Positions 10,401 through 22,820 of a DNA stretch of 64,000 nucleotides are shown here, in pieces. The notes beneath the pieces were generated by a model. It saw nothing but the letters and a program-made list of their open reading frames with translations. It was not told the origin of the DNA and made no database searches. A program made the position numbers and the translations under genes. Source of the DNA: Podospora anserina (taxonomy: Eukaryota). The stretch is from positions 2,914,001 through 2,978,000 of the forward strand of contig CM030334.1 of the NCBI GenBank assembly GCA_017654855.1, given 5' to 3'. Positions within the stretch are counted from its first letter, which is position 1. Every line of letters begins with the position of its first letter.

Positions 10401-13400
10401 GTTGTTTGCTGCTCTAGTGTGAGCCTCTTGAGAATGGTGAAATTGTATCGTCAACAGACGAGAAGATGGTGATATTGCCCAGCTGCTGCTGCGTCCTCCG
10501 GAGCTTCAAAACGGCTAGTTTTGTGATACTTTTGGTGGCCGGTTGCTACCCCACGGTTTGGCAGTGATGGCTTCGGTTTCATCCCGAGCAAGAGGTCCCC
10601 ACCCGGACCGGACCTTTCGGTGGACACACGGAGGACGGCAGCAATGCAGGCACAGGGACAAGGTAAGTTCAAATTTGGCGCGTGAGCACTCGGTGTTGTG
10701 TCGTTCCGCCTGTTGCTCGTTTGCTCTTTGCATCAGTTCAGTTCCTGGAACTTTCGTCTGGCGTGCCTGGGATCGTAGAGATGACAATTGTCAGCATAAT
10801 GTCCTTTGATGTTCCAGAGGATTGGACGCTACTGGCTGTGGCTGGACGGGTCATGTTGTCCCAACCAGATGGCACCACAGATCACCGAAAGTGGTTTGTC
10901 TTTCACCAACACGTCGTCCTCTCGGAGGCTTTTAGTTCCCGTGCCCAGTGCCATGGAAGCATCATCAAGCCCACCCCTTCGGCCCTCACCGACGATGACG
11001 GACAGTTGGTGAATGCTTCACCGATGGCTCACCTTGCCTGCCGGACCGGCTCGAATGGTTGCATTATTCGTTTCTTTTTTCCCAATTGTAACTAGTGCCT
11101 CTCGAGTTCGGCTTGGAGAACTTGGCTTTGGTTCTAGTGAGAGCCAAGAGCGAGCAGACCAGCGCAAGAATGACAGAAAATGAGGCCTTTCCGCATTCTG
11201 TTCGACCTGCATCTGCTAAATTGCGGGGAAGACCCACAAGGCAGTAAGAGAGCGGGGTTGATTTGTTGCTTTAGGTGGAGACATCACTGACAAAACTCCA
11301 CCTAAAATGCGGAGGGCCAGGGTTGTTGGTGGAAGGCAGCACTCGAAAGTTGAGATGTCACGGGAGTGTCAACAAGAAGGCTTGGAACGTTGTCGTTGTT
11401 ATGCTTGGCAGCAAGGCTATTGAACTTGGACAAAAGAAGAAAAAGGGGAACAACGGCATAAGATCAGGGGTAAGCATTCGCTGTTCAACGTCGTCAAAAC
11501 ATCGGGTTTGTGTGTTCTTGAGCCTCATCGAGAATGGGCTACCACGCTGCCATTTTGTAACCTCCACTGTGCGTTCAACACCCAGGAGACAGTCCCTCTG
11601 GCGATTGCCTCGTAAGCACTTGCGGAGTATAGTAACACTCCGACGGCAGTGGATCAACACATCTCGTTTATGAAGGATCTCGGCTGTTGGAAGTTGTTTT
11701 CTCGCTAGAGTGTCGCAATTATCGATCTCCTTTTGCCCTCTTTGCCAGCCTGTTCGTGACGAGGAAAATGGGAAATTTTGAGACCCAGTCGTCATTCCTT
11801 CCAACCTTCAACTTAGCGCAATGCCCCCGGTCAAGATAGCGCGGGCTCTGCCGCTCTTGCGCCCCGCCCAGCAACGATCCATCCAATCAAGAACGTTCAG
11901 ATTTCCAACCTCAGCTTGCACCAACCAGATCGGCGAAGACGCTTGCCAGCTCTGAACTCCCACCACCGGGGCGTGCAGAGATGGAAAGGGATGCAACGCT
12001 ATCTAACCTCCATGCCAGGGGCCAAAACCCAAATCTCGAGATGCACGGTCTGGGCTGGCTACCTTACCTTAGTCTGACCTTGCCGCCATCCGGAAACTTC
12101 TGAATAGGCAAGAGGCAGGGGCAAATGGTGAATTGAACACAGCTCTCTGTACGACGCCGTTTGGCGGCAATTCAGGGGGGGGGGGAGGGGGTGGGCAAGC
12201 AACACTGGCATATAATGCCACCAAGTGAAGCATTTGGATATGCACCTCGATTAATCAGGCAAAACGCACGGCTACTCTATCTTGTTTATTGCGTCCTGAG
12301 GTCCCTACATGTTTGAACGGGCATGAGGAAGAGACAAAGATATCCAAACACGAATGGATTGGATACACAGAGACGAAAAGGAGACAGGGCCGGCCAGGTC
12401 ATTCTCATGGCAGTCGTGTTTGTTTGTCGTTGATATTGAAGAAAATTCTTCTTCCATCTGAAGGTTTTACGGCCTTCTCATCAACAGCTAGCCAGCCTGC
12501 CAACCCAGGCCAGCGCTTCTGTCATAACCTGGGTGGCCACGGTGTGTTGTTTCATGGAATGCTTGTGGTCAATCTCTATCAAGGCCACTCGTGAAGTTGC
12601 GGCGGGTTGCAGATGCCCGGGCTGGCCTGCATGTTGTCTTGCAGGCGGTTTTGATGACCCTCCAGGGGATGAATGAAGTGAGGTCTCTTGTTTGGTCTGA
12701 CTGAATTTGCTGACAAGAGACACCAGCCAATAAGATCCCAAATTGCGGGTAGAAAGGGCATAACGAAGGAATGTCCAAAATTGAACATCAAAAGTTTTTT
12801 TTTTCTTCCCTGCTATTACACTAATCCGGGGCAATATCTTGAGTTTCAGGGGGCTGAGTGATGAACAGGCCGATGATACTGTGAACTAGACAAACAAAAA
12901 AGAAAACATACCATATCCTAGCTTTCTATTTCCACGCCCTCTGGTCTAAAACCAAAAGATTTTTCCAAACTCGGACCGGGCGAGTCGCCAACCGGGCTCA
13001 GGGGTTCCAGGTTCGCCAGGCCGAAAGAGGGGACGTTTAACACACACCCTTCTGCTTGCTGGCCTGATGAGAAAGCCACAACCACGATTTCCATTTTCAC
13101 GAGTAACACGGTACCGGTATCTGAAGATCAGGGACAGGTCGGCGATGTCAGTGCGCGGGCTGTTTCTGTTGAAGCTTGCCAAGATTGTCAGCCCGTGGCT
13201 TTTACTGGATACGCCCACGCCTGGTGGCATTGTTTTTTGTTCTTCTTAAACGCTGCCCGTCACTCACAGGGCGACAACGACAACTCTACGCCGCACAACG
13301 GCGTCGTGGAAAAAAAAAACTTTTCGAGGAGGCTTGAAGGCTTCCGGCCTTACCATCTGAAAAGTTTGAAAGCTGATACCTCTAATGGAATCCTCTGCCT

Positions 13401-16400
13401 AGCAACCGAGAGGCTGCCGTACGGAGGCATTGTCTATTTGGGCACATTTTCTTACTCTTTGTGTGCTCTGTACCAGGGGCATTGTCAACAACCCTGTCAG
13501 ATTTGTGTGTCCCGAGGATTCGGAACAACGTTGGCTTCGAGCCCAACGAACACCTATCAGCTTATTTGTTCTTCATGAAATGCTGTCTGATGAGCACCTC
13601 ATTTTGTGAGAGAGTCTTGGGGTAAAATATGATAGATCAGAAATTTTTCATAAGCAGAACCCGCCAACTCGGGATCCTCACGGTCTCAGGTCAGCACTTG
13701 TTGGTGATTTGCCCGGGTTCCTTTCTGTGAGACATGATTGGTCCTGACACCGAAGTTGATCCGGTTGACATTGACCGAAATCTTTGATATTCCGAACAGG
13801 GCGACTGACCTGCCCTCCACCATCAAAAGACTACACTAGTCTTGCACAGCCACCTACCGTTCGTAATAACGACGTCGTCGTCAACGAGGCCCCCGCACCG
13901 GTGCTAGTACAGAGACATCAAGACCACGCCAGCAAGAAAAACGCTCAGTGATCACAATCACCACCAAGGATTTTCTTCCAGCAGGAGCTTGTGACCCGTG
14001 AGTTGTCGAAATGACAAACCACCGATCAAAGTCGGCGATGGCCCGGCAGTGGTGAGTTGTGTACGACCCATGCCGCTCCCAGTCTCGATCTGGAAAGAGT
14101 CGATGATGGCTATCGCCAGGTTGGGTTTAGTGAGCTTTAGCAAAAGCGGCCGTGGCGTTCGGCGACTGCCCGAATCTGCGGGGGGTGAACATGCGATCGA
14201 CATCAGCCTCGTTGGCCGTGATTTGACCGTGATGCTTGGTATCGTGCAGAGAGCACGACACTACTGCAAAGAAAGAGGAAGAAAAACAAACTTCCTGTTC
14301 CAAATTTTTTGGTCCGGTCGTGCCTTTGGTGTTCTTGTTGGGGGTTGGGGGCGGCACAAGTATCAAATGTCTGCATCAGCCCATCCAACCCAGTCACTCA
14401 CCTATGCGGCAATTGTGATGTGTTCAAATCGAGACTATTCTCCGCGTCGGTGGCTGCCATATGTATGTAGGCGCTTTCAGCTGGTTGGGAGCGCTGGGTA
14501 AATGCCAATTCCTCAGGCAGGATTTGCTGGCTGGCAAATGTCTCAGATCAAGACGGAGGAGGGCAACGATACAAGATAGCCGGACCTGGTGATGACTGCT
14601 TCTGTTGGACTTCACCCGCTCGACGCCGCAGTCACCCACAATGCAATGACAAGCCGGCTGTTCGGTGCTGAACCCCAGCCCATCAGATCATCATGGCCCA
14701 AAGAAGGAAAGAAGAAAAAACATGCTCATTGCTGGCTGCGAGAGAGAGAGCGAGCTGCGATAGCTACAAGTTCGTCATCGGTGTGCCCCTTCTCCTATAG
14801 CTGTGAGTGATCGTCAAAGCATACAGGTGTAGTAGAATCCTACCTGCACACCCCCCTTCTACTTCTTTTGTTGAGCATGAAAGTTGTGGGTGTCTCAATG
14901 TGAAATCAACACCATCTTGAGTCAAACTGCAGCTGCGGTCCTTCCCCAGCTACAGCGTATGACTTTGAGTTTATGTGGTGTTGCGTGTCGGTTGGATGTT
15001 GTGGTGCAGCCATTTTGATATTAGGTATCCTCCGATTGAGGCCGGGTCCGATATCGCCAGCGGAAGAAATGAAAGATGATGCCCTTGATCGGAAGAACAC
15101 CTTCATTCACGGCCATGAAGATATCCGAACAGCGACTCCGGCCGCGGCATCAAGAGAAAGGTGTTTCGACATGGTGTGGATGGCAATATCCGTAATTGCA
15201 ACAGTAGTCGATCAGAGGGTCGTCGGTGATATGAAATTCAAGACGAGTAAGGAGCAAAAGCCGATTGAAACCCATCCCATCAGATTCCCATCAGGGTCAT
15301 GGGCGGTGGACGAATCGCCAGGCTTGCCGCTAGCGGGAACCCTATCTTTCTTCTTCTCTGTCCCCGCTGACAAAACAAACACCATCCCACGCACGTCATC
15401 AGGCCCTTCTCTTTTCTCGCAGTGACTCCCTTCCATAATCTTCAATTTCGGGACCAGAGATTCCCAAGTTGCATGCAATGTGGGGATCAGTGATTCCAAC
15501 ACTGGGTTGCATCGTTAACAGCTTCTGAGGTTAGCTTCGCCCTGGCAGGGAGATAACCCCCCAAGAATTCCAAAAACCCCAATCTTCAACGGCAACGAAC
15601 GGCGAGTGGATTTCCATCTCTGGCTAGCCGGCCGCTTTTGTTGCCGAGAAACGAGAAACTCGTGGCAGACACCCTAACCCACAAGCACCAAACTCTTTTT
15701 GTGAGCTCGATATCCACAGGGTCAGACTGCCGGCACTGTGACCTCCAAATTTTGTCCTCCCCCCTATGCCCAATTTTGCAAAAGTCGTCCCACATGGCAC
15801 CACGAAGCGCTGTGGCCTCACTGATCGAACGAGGTTAGCTGGAACCTGACGAAAAATAGTCCACAGTCTCCTTGGGAACTTGCGGAGCCGGCATCAAAAC
15901 CAGAGGCACAGACGGATACGGAGCACAAGGGGGAGGTATTCAAAAACAGAACTCCACCATAAACTCAGTAGTAAAAACGTGGAGAAACAGCGACAGTCGA
16001 ATGGCAGAGAGACGGATAGATGCCGTGGGCCGTGGGCCGTGCAAATCTCCCGTGCCCGCCGCCGACGACGGACGGAGCAACGCGGACAAACCATTGCGGC
16101 CACGGGGGGACACAAAAAATGACGAGATAATCCAGGGTTCCGCTGCGATGTTCACAATCTTCAAAACCTCAAACTTCAACTTCCACTCCTCCCACCTAAA
16201 CCCCACTCTGTCCAAACTTCAAGATGGGGGCACCATCCAAAACCAATCAATGCAACACACCTTTTTTCTTGCTTTCCCGTCCCAGTCTCTCATTCCTTTC
16301 CTTCCACAAGACCGAATTCACCAGTCATGTGCGTGCCTGCCTCACACACATCACTTGGTCTTTCCCAGCAACTGCGAAGCTTGCTTGGGAGGAGGGGTCC

Positions 16401-19400
16401 TTCCAATAAACCCCCATTCTATCATTTTTTGCTGCAGGCACAAACCACCACGACACCTAGGAGTGGATTTTTATGCACGCTCTCTCTTTCTACCTTACCT
16501 TGGTGTCCGTACCAACCTCTCCTTCCCGCCCGTCCGTCCGTACAAATTGCTGGCTGGCTGGCTCTGCCTCACCTGCAATGCACACTGCACACTGCACTGC
16601 ACATCGTTTCCTTCCTTCCTGTTCGTTCGAGATAATTTGCCCCCCCACCCAACTAAATAATGTGGCCTGTGTGGTCAGTCTGCTGCAGGTTCAATCGAAA
16701 AGGGAATAGGAAGAGAGGTTAAGCGATGATACGGGTACATGTTGTGGTAGGTACGAATGAGGGGGGGAAAGAGAGAGGGGTAAGAAATCCAGTTTGAAGT
16801 AAACATGCTATTTTTTCTCACGCCCTCGCAAATGTGCTGTGAGAATGTCATGTCGAGCTGGCGCTGGCAGTTGGGCAACTGCTTGCAGTAGTGAATTATT
16901 TTACTTGAAGATCCCAACTCCACTACGGGATATGCCTACATTAGTGGACAAGAAAAATATCAAGCCTTCAAGGTAGGTACTGGAAGAAAAACAGGATTTT
17001 GTCAAGATCGCAGATCATGAGATCTACCACAACCACCACCCCCATGATCGACCCTGAGATTTTGTTGTTAACCCTCAGGGTCCTCACTCACACGGCTGCC
17101 GCGTACCGTTGTTGAGAAGTGAGGTGTTCATGCATCAAGCCCAATGAGGGTGGTGAGCCAGGGGATGAATGGGCGATAAACACGCCATCTTGTATGAGGA
17201 TTTCAAGTTGCTTAAAATGTTTGACGACCTACGACAGGGCGGGATCTACCTGGTTGAGAGACGAGATCTGTTCTCATTATCACGAAAGTAGGAAAAAATG
17301 ATCATCTCCCTGGATGTTTGAGAAATGGCAACATGAATGAGGGGGGGTGGATGGTGTACGTATTTGACACACGTATACTCTGTGGGCGGAGTTTCCATTT
17401 CTTTGTCAAGTTTTCGGTAGTGAATTGGAGACTTTTAGACAAGGCCAGGTCACAAGGCGACTAACACGAAGGAAAATCCCCCTCTCAACCCAAGCCAAGA
17501 CGGTCTTCTTTTCGTGTAAAATCCAAGGTTGCTGTGATCATGAGCGTCTTTGTCAAAGAAAACTATGGTGCGCTCGTGATACCTGATTAGTTTAGGTAGG
17601 CTAGAAGAAAATTCTTGACAATGGGCTGGCTGGGAAGGCAAAATGCAAGACATTCTTCAAACTAGTTTAGTTCAGGCTTCTTCTGTATGATGATGACTAT
17701 AGTGTCGTGTAGTCTGATATTCCAACCTCGCGCCTTACCATGGACTAGCACAAGGAAAGTTTGCCGCCTGAAGCATGGTTGGACTGGCGACAGCCGTCGT
17801 GTTCAAGCTGTCTCCCATTCATCGACATTGTTGGTTTGCAGAAGAGAGAGGGTGTGTTGTCTGGTTTCAATCCATGAGGGTGCGTGCCCAACCGGCCAAT
17901 GAAGGGGACCGGGGAGTTGTTTCTAGTCTGCCTCTCGAAAATGCAAGGACGGACGACGGACTGCAGACAAGGCGACAAAAAGCTGCGGGTGGTGGGTTGA
18001 TTTTGGGATGGGATGGGATGGAAATTTGTTTGGGGGGCATATGAGCAAACGGGGGGCAAAAGATGGGACAAAACGAAGCGTCGCACTGCAGATGCAGGCC
18101 GGTTCAAAGAAGAGTGGTTCGTGATTCCCACACTCCGCGCAAGCTATAGTAGCAGCCCTTTTACGTCTACATGTCCTGTCGCTCACTTTTCACGACGACA
18201 ATTGATACAGTATACAGCTGGGGGTTAATAAATGAGAAGTCGTTTTTCGGCGCGCGGCTGGGTGGGATGTTTGACGAAATCTGATCTGTATGTTTTCTTG
18301 TGCCATGGCTCTGCCTATCTGTGCCTTGCGAACCTCGAACCACCCCCCATCTCCGTGATTGATATGCTGCTGCACTGCGACGATGGACGTAAATTGAGGG
18401 ACGGCGAGACGACACCATAGACCCCCACGTTTGTCTCTGGGTTGCGGTTCCGTATCTCGAGTCCTTCTGGCTCACAAGCCCGCGCTTGGTTTTATCTTTC
18501 TTTCTTGCGTTGCCCGGCCGCTCCAGATGGTTGAGAATGCGGTAATGCCGCGGCAATCCGCAAAGTTGCGAAGAGACGAGACACAGGTGCAAAAATAGGA
18601 TTTGGGGGTCTTTCAGACGATGGCGCAGAGGTACAAAGTACGTATCTAGGTCCAGCTCGCTTCCACTGGCATGAAAGCAGCAATGGTTCGAGACGACAAG
18701 CGTGAAAAAAAAAGAAGCCTAGAACAGAATATGGAAATATGGAATGAAGTGAAAAGTTTTTTTTTGATAGTCATTCGAGTAACCACACCGGCGACGCCCA
18801 AACACTCAGGCGCTCGGTTTCACCGTGTGGGTTTTGGGCCCCAGTCCACGATGATAGAGGCCATCATTGGACGGTGTTGAAGAAAAGCAACTGGCGCTCC
18901 CGTTCTATGGCTAGCGGGTGAAAAAAGAGGCGAGGAACGCAGACACCAAAACGCCTGATCTGCCCTCCGCAAAGAAGCCGCTGCAAGGCCTGAGGCCGCA
19001 CCCCCCTCCTCTAACTGGACGCTTGAGAGGGAAGTGGTGCGCGGGAGGACGACACCAGCAGCAGCAGTAGCAGCAGACGATCCAATCCAATGGCCACCTG
19101 CTCGTGGCCCGAACTGTGAATTTCTTGCGCTTCTTTTTTCCCAACGGGCAGTAGAAAGTCGGATGGCACTGGTGACAGTGATATGGCACCACAAGACGAG
19201 AATCTAACGAGGCACATCCCGAAGGTCAGAAGACACTGAATGTGTGTCCCTTGATGTCCCTTGACGGTGACGACCCCCCACCTGTACAAGAATGGTTTTG
19301 CCTTGGCGCCATAGCATAAACATCTTGCACCTTAAAACAACTGAAGCAAGAAAGGAAACAGAGATATCCATGAGACAGGCCTTGCGATGCTCACCGATGA

Positions 19401-20226
19401 GTGCTGATGAGCTGTGGATGGCGGGCAATTGCGTGCACTGCTGATGACACACCCCCTCCCCGATGAGCTCAAGGCCAGGCTGGATGGCGCTAAAGCAGCC
19501 AGCGCCCCGCTCATCAGTTCACACCCAATTGACCAGGGTGGTGCCACGACAAAAAAGATGGCCGATATTCTCACCCCCGACTGAAAAGATTTTCTTTCCC
19601 ACCCCCCTGACCCAAACCCCTGCCATCGCGCTATTGCAAACTTGGCCTAGCGCTGAGTGAAGGCCCTTGCCCAGCACACGCCCAGCACACCCACGAGGTT
19701 TCGAGCCAGAAGTGGTACGTTCTCTCGGCGTACTGTGCCGGGATCCAAGTGCTGCGACCTTCTGCGAATTTCTGCTCAGGAGGTACTTTGGCGGCCTACC
19801 CCGGCAGCGTACCAGCTACCGCGTCGCTGTCTGAGTCCTCTCGTGGGTCCTTTGTGGTCATGGGCAGGTGCCTCGTCCCACACCCCTCACACCTCCAAGC
19901 CCAGGGCAGGCCAGGTGCCAGGAATACATATTCCAGGCGTCTCCCAGTTCAACTTCGCTCCTCCTGCCCTTGGCACCAGCACATCTTGATCTTCATCGTT
20001 TGATCTTTTCCACACTCTCCTTCTCCACCACTTCGCTCCCAGTCCTGTGAGTCAACGAGCATTCGTCTTCTTATAGACTCAACCACCCTCTCTCTTCAAC
20101 AGCAACAACAAGATCAACCAACAAAGAAGACCAACAAGCAACCACAGCCATCTCGAGCTACTGCTACATAGCAACACCAACAACCAAACAACACCAGCCA
20201 ACCTTTCAGATCAACAATCAGTCAAC

Positions 20227-20640
20227 ATGTCCTTCGATTGGGATCACCAGTTCTGCCTGGGCTGCGACAAGCAAACCGACGGCACCACCTATTGCTCTGA
20301 AGCCTGCCGTCTTGGGGACTACGAGAAGACTGCTTCCTCTTCATCATCACCAAGCTCTGGGGCGAGCTCACCAACCCTGAACGAGTGGACCTTCAACAAG
20401 CCAACCTCCAGCAGCTCCAAGTTCTACCTCTCCCCCGCCTTCGACTTCAGCACACCACAAACATCCCGCTCCAACTCTGTCCTCTCCCCATCCGCCTCGC
20501 AAACCAGCCTCTGCTCCATGCGCAGCACATCCTCTGCCGGGCTCGACGCCGCTCAACTGTCAGACAAGGCCGCCCGCGAACTCAGGGCCTACGCTCGTTC
20601 GTTCGAATCTGTCCGCACTCAACGTAGACGATCGTACTAG
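20227..20640 (+). CDS. Ecl1/2/3-family (extender of chronological lifespan) zinc-binding protein
   Basis: N-terminal FCLGCDKQ-x5-YCSEACRLGDYE motif, Ser-rich middle, LSPSASQTSLCSM and ELRAYARSF C-terminal motifs. A CAA-rich leader and a CAACATG start context precede it. Confidence 0.88.
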   Translation: MSFDWDHQFCLGCDKQTDGTTYCSEACRLGDYEKTASSSSSPSSGASSPTLNEWTFNKPTSSSSKFYLSPAFDFSTPQTSRSNSVLSPSASQTSLCSMRSTSSAGLDAAQLSDKAARELRAYARSFESVRTQRRRSY

Positions 20641-22594
20641 ACGACAACGAACACATCTTCCTTCGAGCGAATCGTCCTTTTTTCCTTGCTTTTATCAACA
20701 GTAGCGACATATACCCCACACTCAATCGATTTATACACACCATACACACGGCTCAATCAACGTTTCTTTTGTCTCGGTCTTTTTCACAACGGGTTTTTGT
20801 AACAAAAAAATTGCATTCATCGGAGCTCAGCATCATAAAAAGTTTTGGGTCGCAACACACATGCCCAGGCTTGGAACACACCATCCAAGAACCGGGGTTT
20901 TGGCTTTCTGATTTTAATTTCCTTTTGGGCGTACAACAACATTTGGGCTTTGGGTCGGCGGGGCTGGGCTTCACAACAACAACACCACAATCACATCACA
21001 CAACATGGGATTATGGGAGGAAGTCGTGTATTACACAGAGAAAGCGAGGGAACAATATCTGTTTTATTTTTTCCTTTTTTCTTCTGTGCTATCTACTATG
21101 GGATGGGGGGAGGTATAACATCGCTTACCTTACTTGCATCTGGAACGGGTTTTTGGGTTCGGGATGAGGAGGGATGGAATTGTTTTATGGGAAATCAGCT
21201 TTGGCGGGCGGCGGAGCTCAGACTGTGTTTTATCATATTGCTACAAAGGGAAACTATGGGGAGGGGGCCAGGCGTTTTTGATCTCAAGACCTAACAGCAG
21301 TGTCTTTGGAGAACATCATCCTTTTTTTTTCTTTTTTTGGGCGGATGGAATCTCGCATCATTAGGTAACCAAGCAGCAAATTTGTCTGCCTACACCAGTC
21401 AACAACAAAGTTGAGGTGAACTTAAATGGAAAGAGATTACCAATCCCACTACCAAGGTCCACTTCATTTGCATAAAAAGTGTCGTCAACAATAAGAAAAA
21501 TGTTTTAAAGGGAGTAACAGTCACGATCGTAAGTGTCGGTGTAGTCAGGAGGTGAATCGGGCTCTTTTTTTTTAGGGGACTCCACCCAAGGTTGATGATC
21601 ACTTGAAGTTTTGGAGGTATGGAATGCCAATGTGTGTATTAGGTAATTGAGCCGGTCTTGGAGGTTGATCATGTGTTGGCGATTTACAATGTCACTGGAC
21701 CATTTTTTCGAGAGCAGGTTTTTTTAGAATGTAGAAGATTTTCTCCACTGTCTAGTGAATGGAAGTGGTGATCATGCTGTCTGTGCCTTTTGTGGTTGTG
21801 ACAGCTGGGTTTTGGCAGGGCAGCGGCGGAGTTGATGTGGTAGGCGGAGGCGGAGGCGGCACGGGAAACGTCCTCCGCATGCAGCCGGGCTGGTGGTGTT
21901 GTTGTCCAGCCATCGAGATGCAGCATTCTGAGAATGATGGGCGTTGGAGAGGGGGCATCATCAATCATGTGGTCTTTTGGTTGGTGAGAGAGGGGTTAGG
22001 TATGCGGTTACCATTTTCCTCCAGGTTATGTAAATCGTTCAAATCATAAAAGATGTACATATGTTTCTACCAATTGCACCTACAGATTTATGCAAGTTGC
22101 AGCAACATGTGCAAAAAGTCGTGGACTGTGCTCGGCCACTCAACTTATTGAAGGTGGAAGAGGACTTGACCCCCTATTTACAACTCATGCAGTGATTATG
22201 CATTTTTGGCCGTATATGCCGTTGGGTATGGGAAATATTTGAGCAATCGTCGATGGGCAATTTTTGTCGAATGTTTTATGGGCATGTTTTTGGCACGATC
22301 TTGTCCAAGTCCCCAAATTGGATGGACACCTCCTCTACAGTGGCAGTGCTTCTGGATGATTTCTATGGATCGAGGTTGCAATCTATCCATCAGGGTATGA
22401 AGAAGAAACCGTTGAGATCGAGGAGGGTTTTGAGTGTGACTGCTTGATAGATCCACTTTCGATTGGCATGTCACTCATTCATCCTCATCGGTAGGTCCGG
22501 ACATCTCCCGCCCGCCAGCCCCAACCCCCATCGGACGATATGAGGTTGTGAAAAAACGGGAGTACCTGCAGTCATTATACATCATACATTGAGA

Positions 22595-22820
22595 AGCATT
22601 TTTTCCTCCTCGAGGCTTTCGGGGATCGGGTTCTCTTCACGAGGGGTGATTTCATCATTGTTCCATAGTTTGGTGTTTGTGAATAGATTCACACTGATTA
22701 GAGCACGTAGTTTTTCTCCCCTTCGGAGCTTTCGGGATCGGTTTTTTTTATCACGAGGGGTGATTTCATCATCGTATAATTTCTCCCCATAAGCATGGTG
22801 TTTGTGAATAGAGAGTCACA
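22595..22820. repeat. Degenerate local direct duplication (two units, ~100-120 bp)
   Basis: The blocks gctttcggg(g)atcgg, tcacgaggggtgatttcatcat and tggtgtttgtgaataga each occur twice in the same order. Confidence 0.8.

Noticed and set aside
13660-13685. aactcgggatcc resembling fungal 5S rRNA
   Set aside because: Only ~12 nt match and the flanks do not continue the 5S sequence.
15872-16660. 262-aa ORF
   Set aside because: Non-ATG start, no domain, and it runs through low-complexity intergenic tracts.
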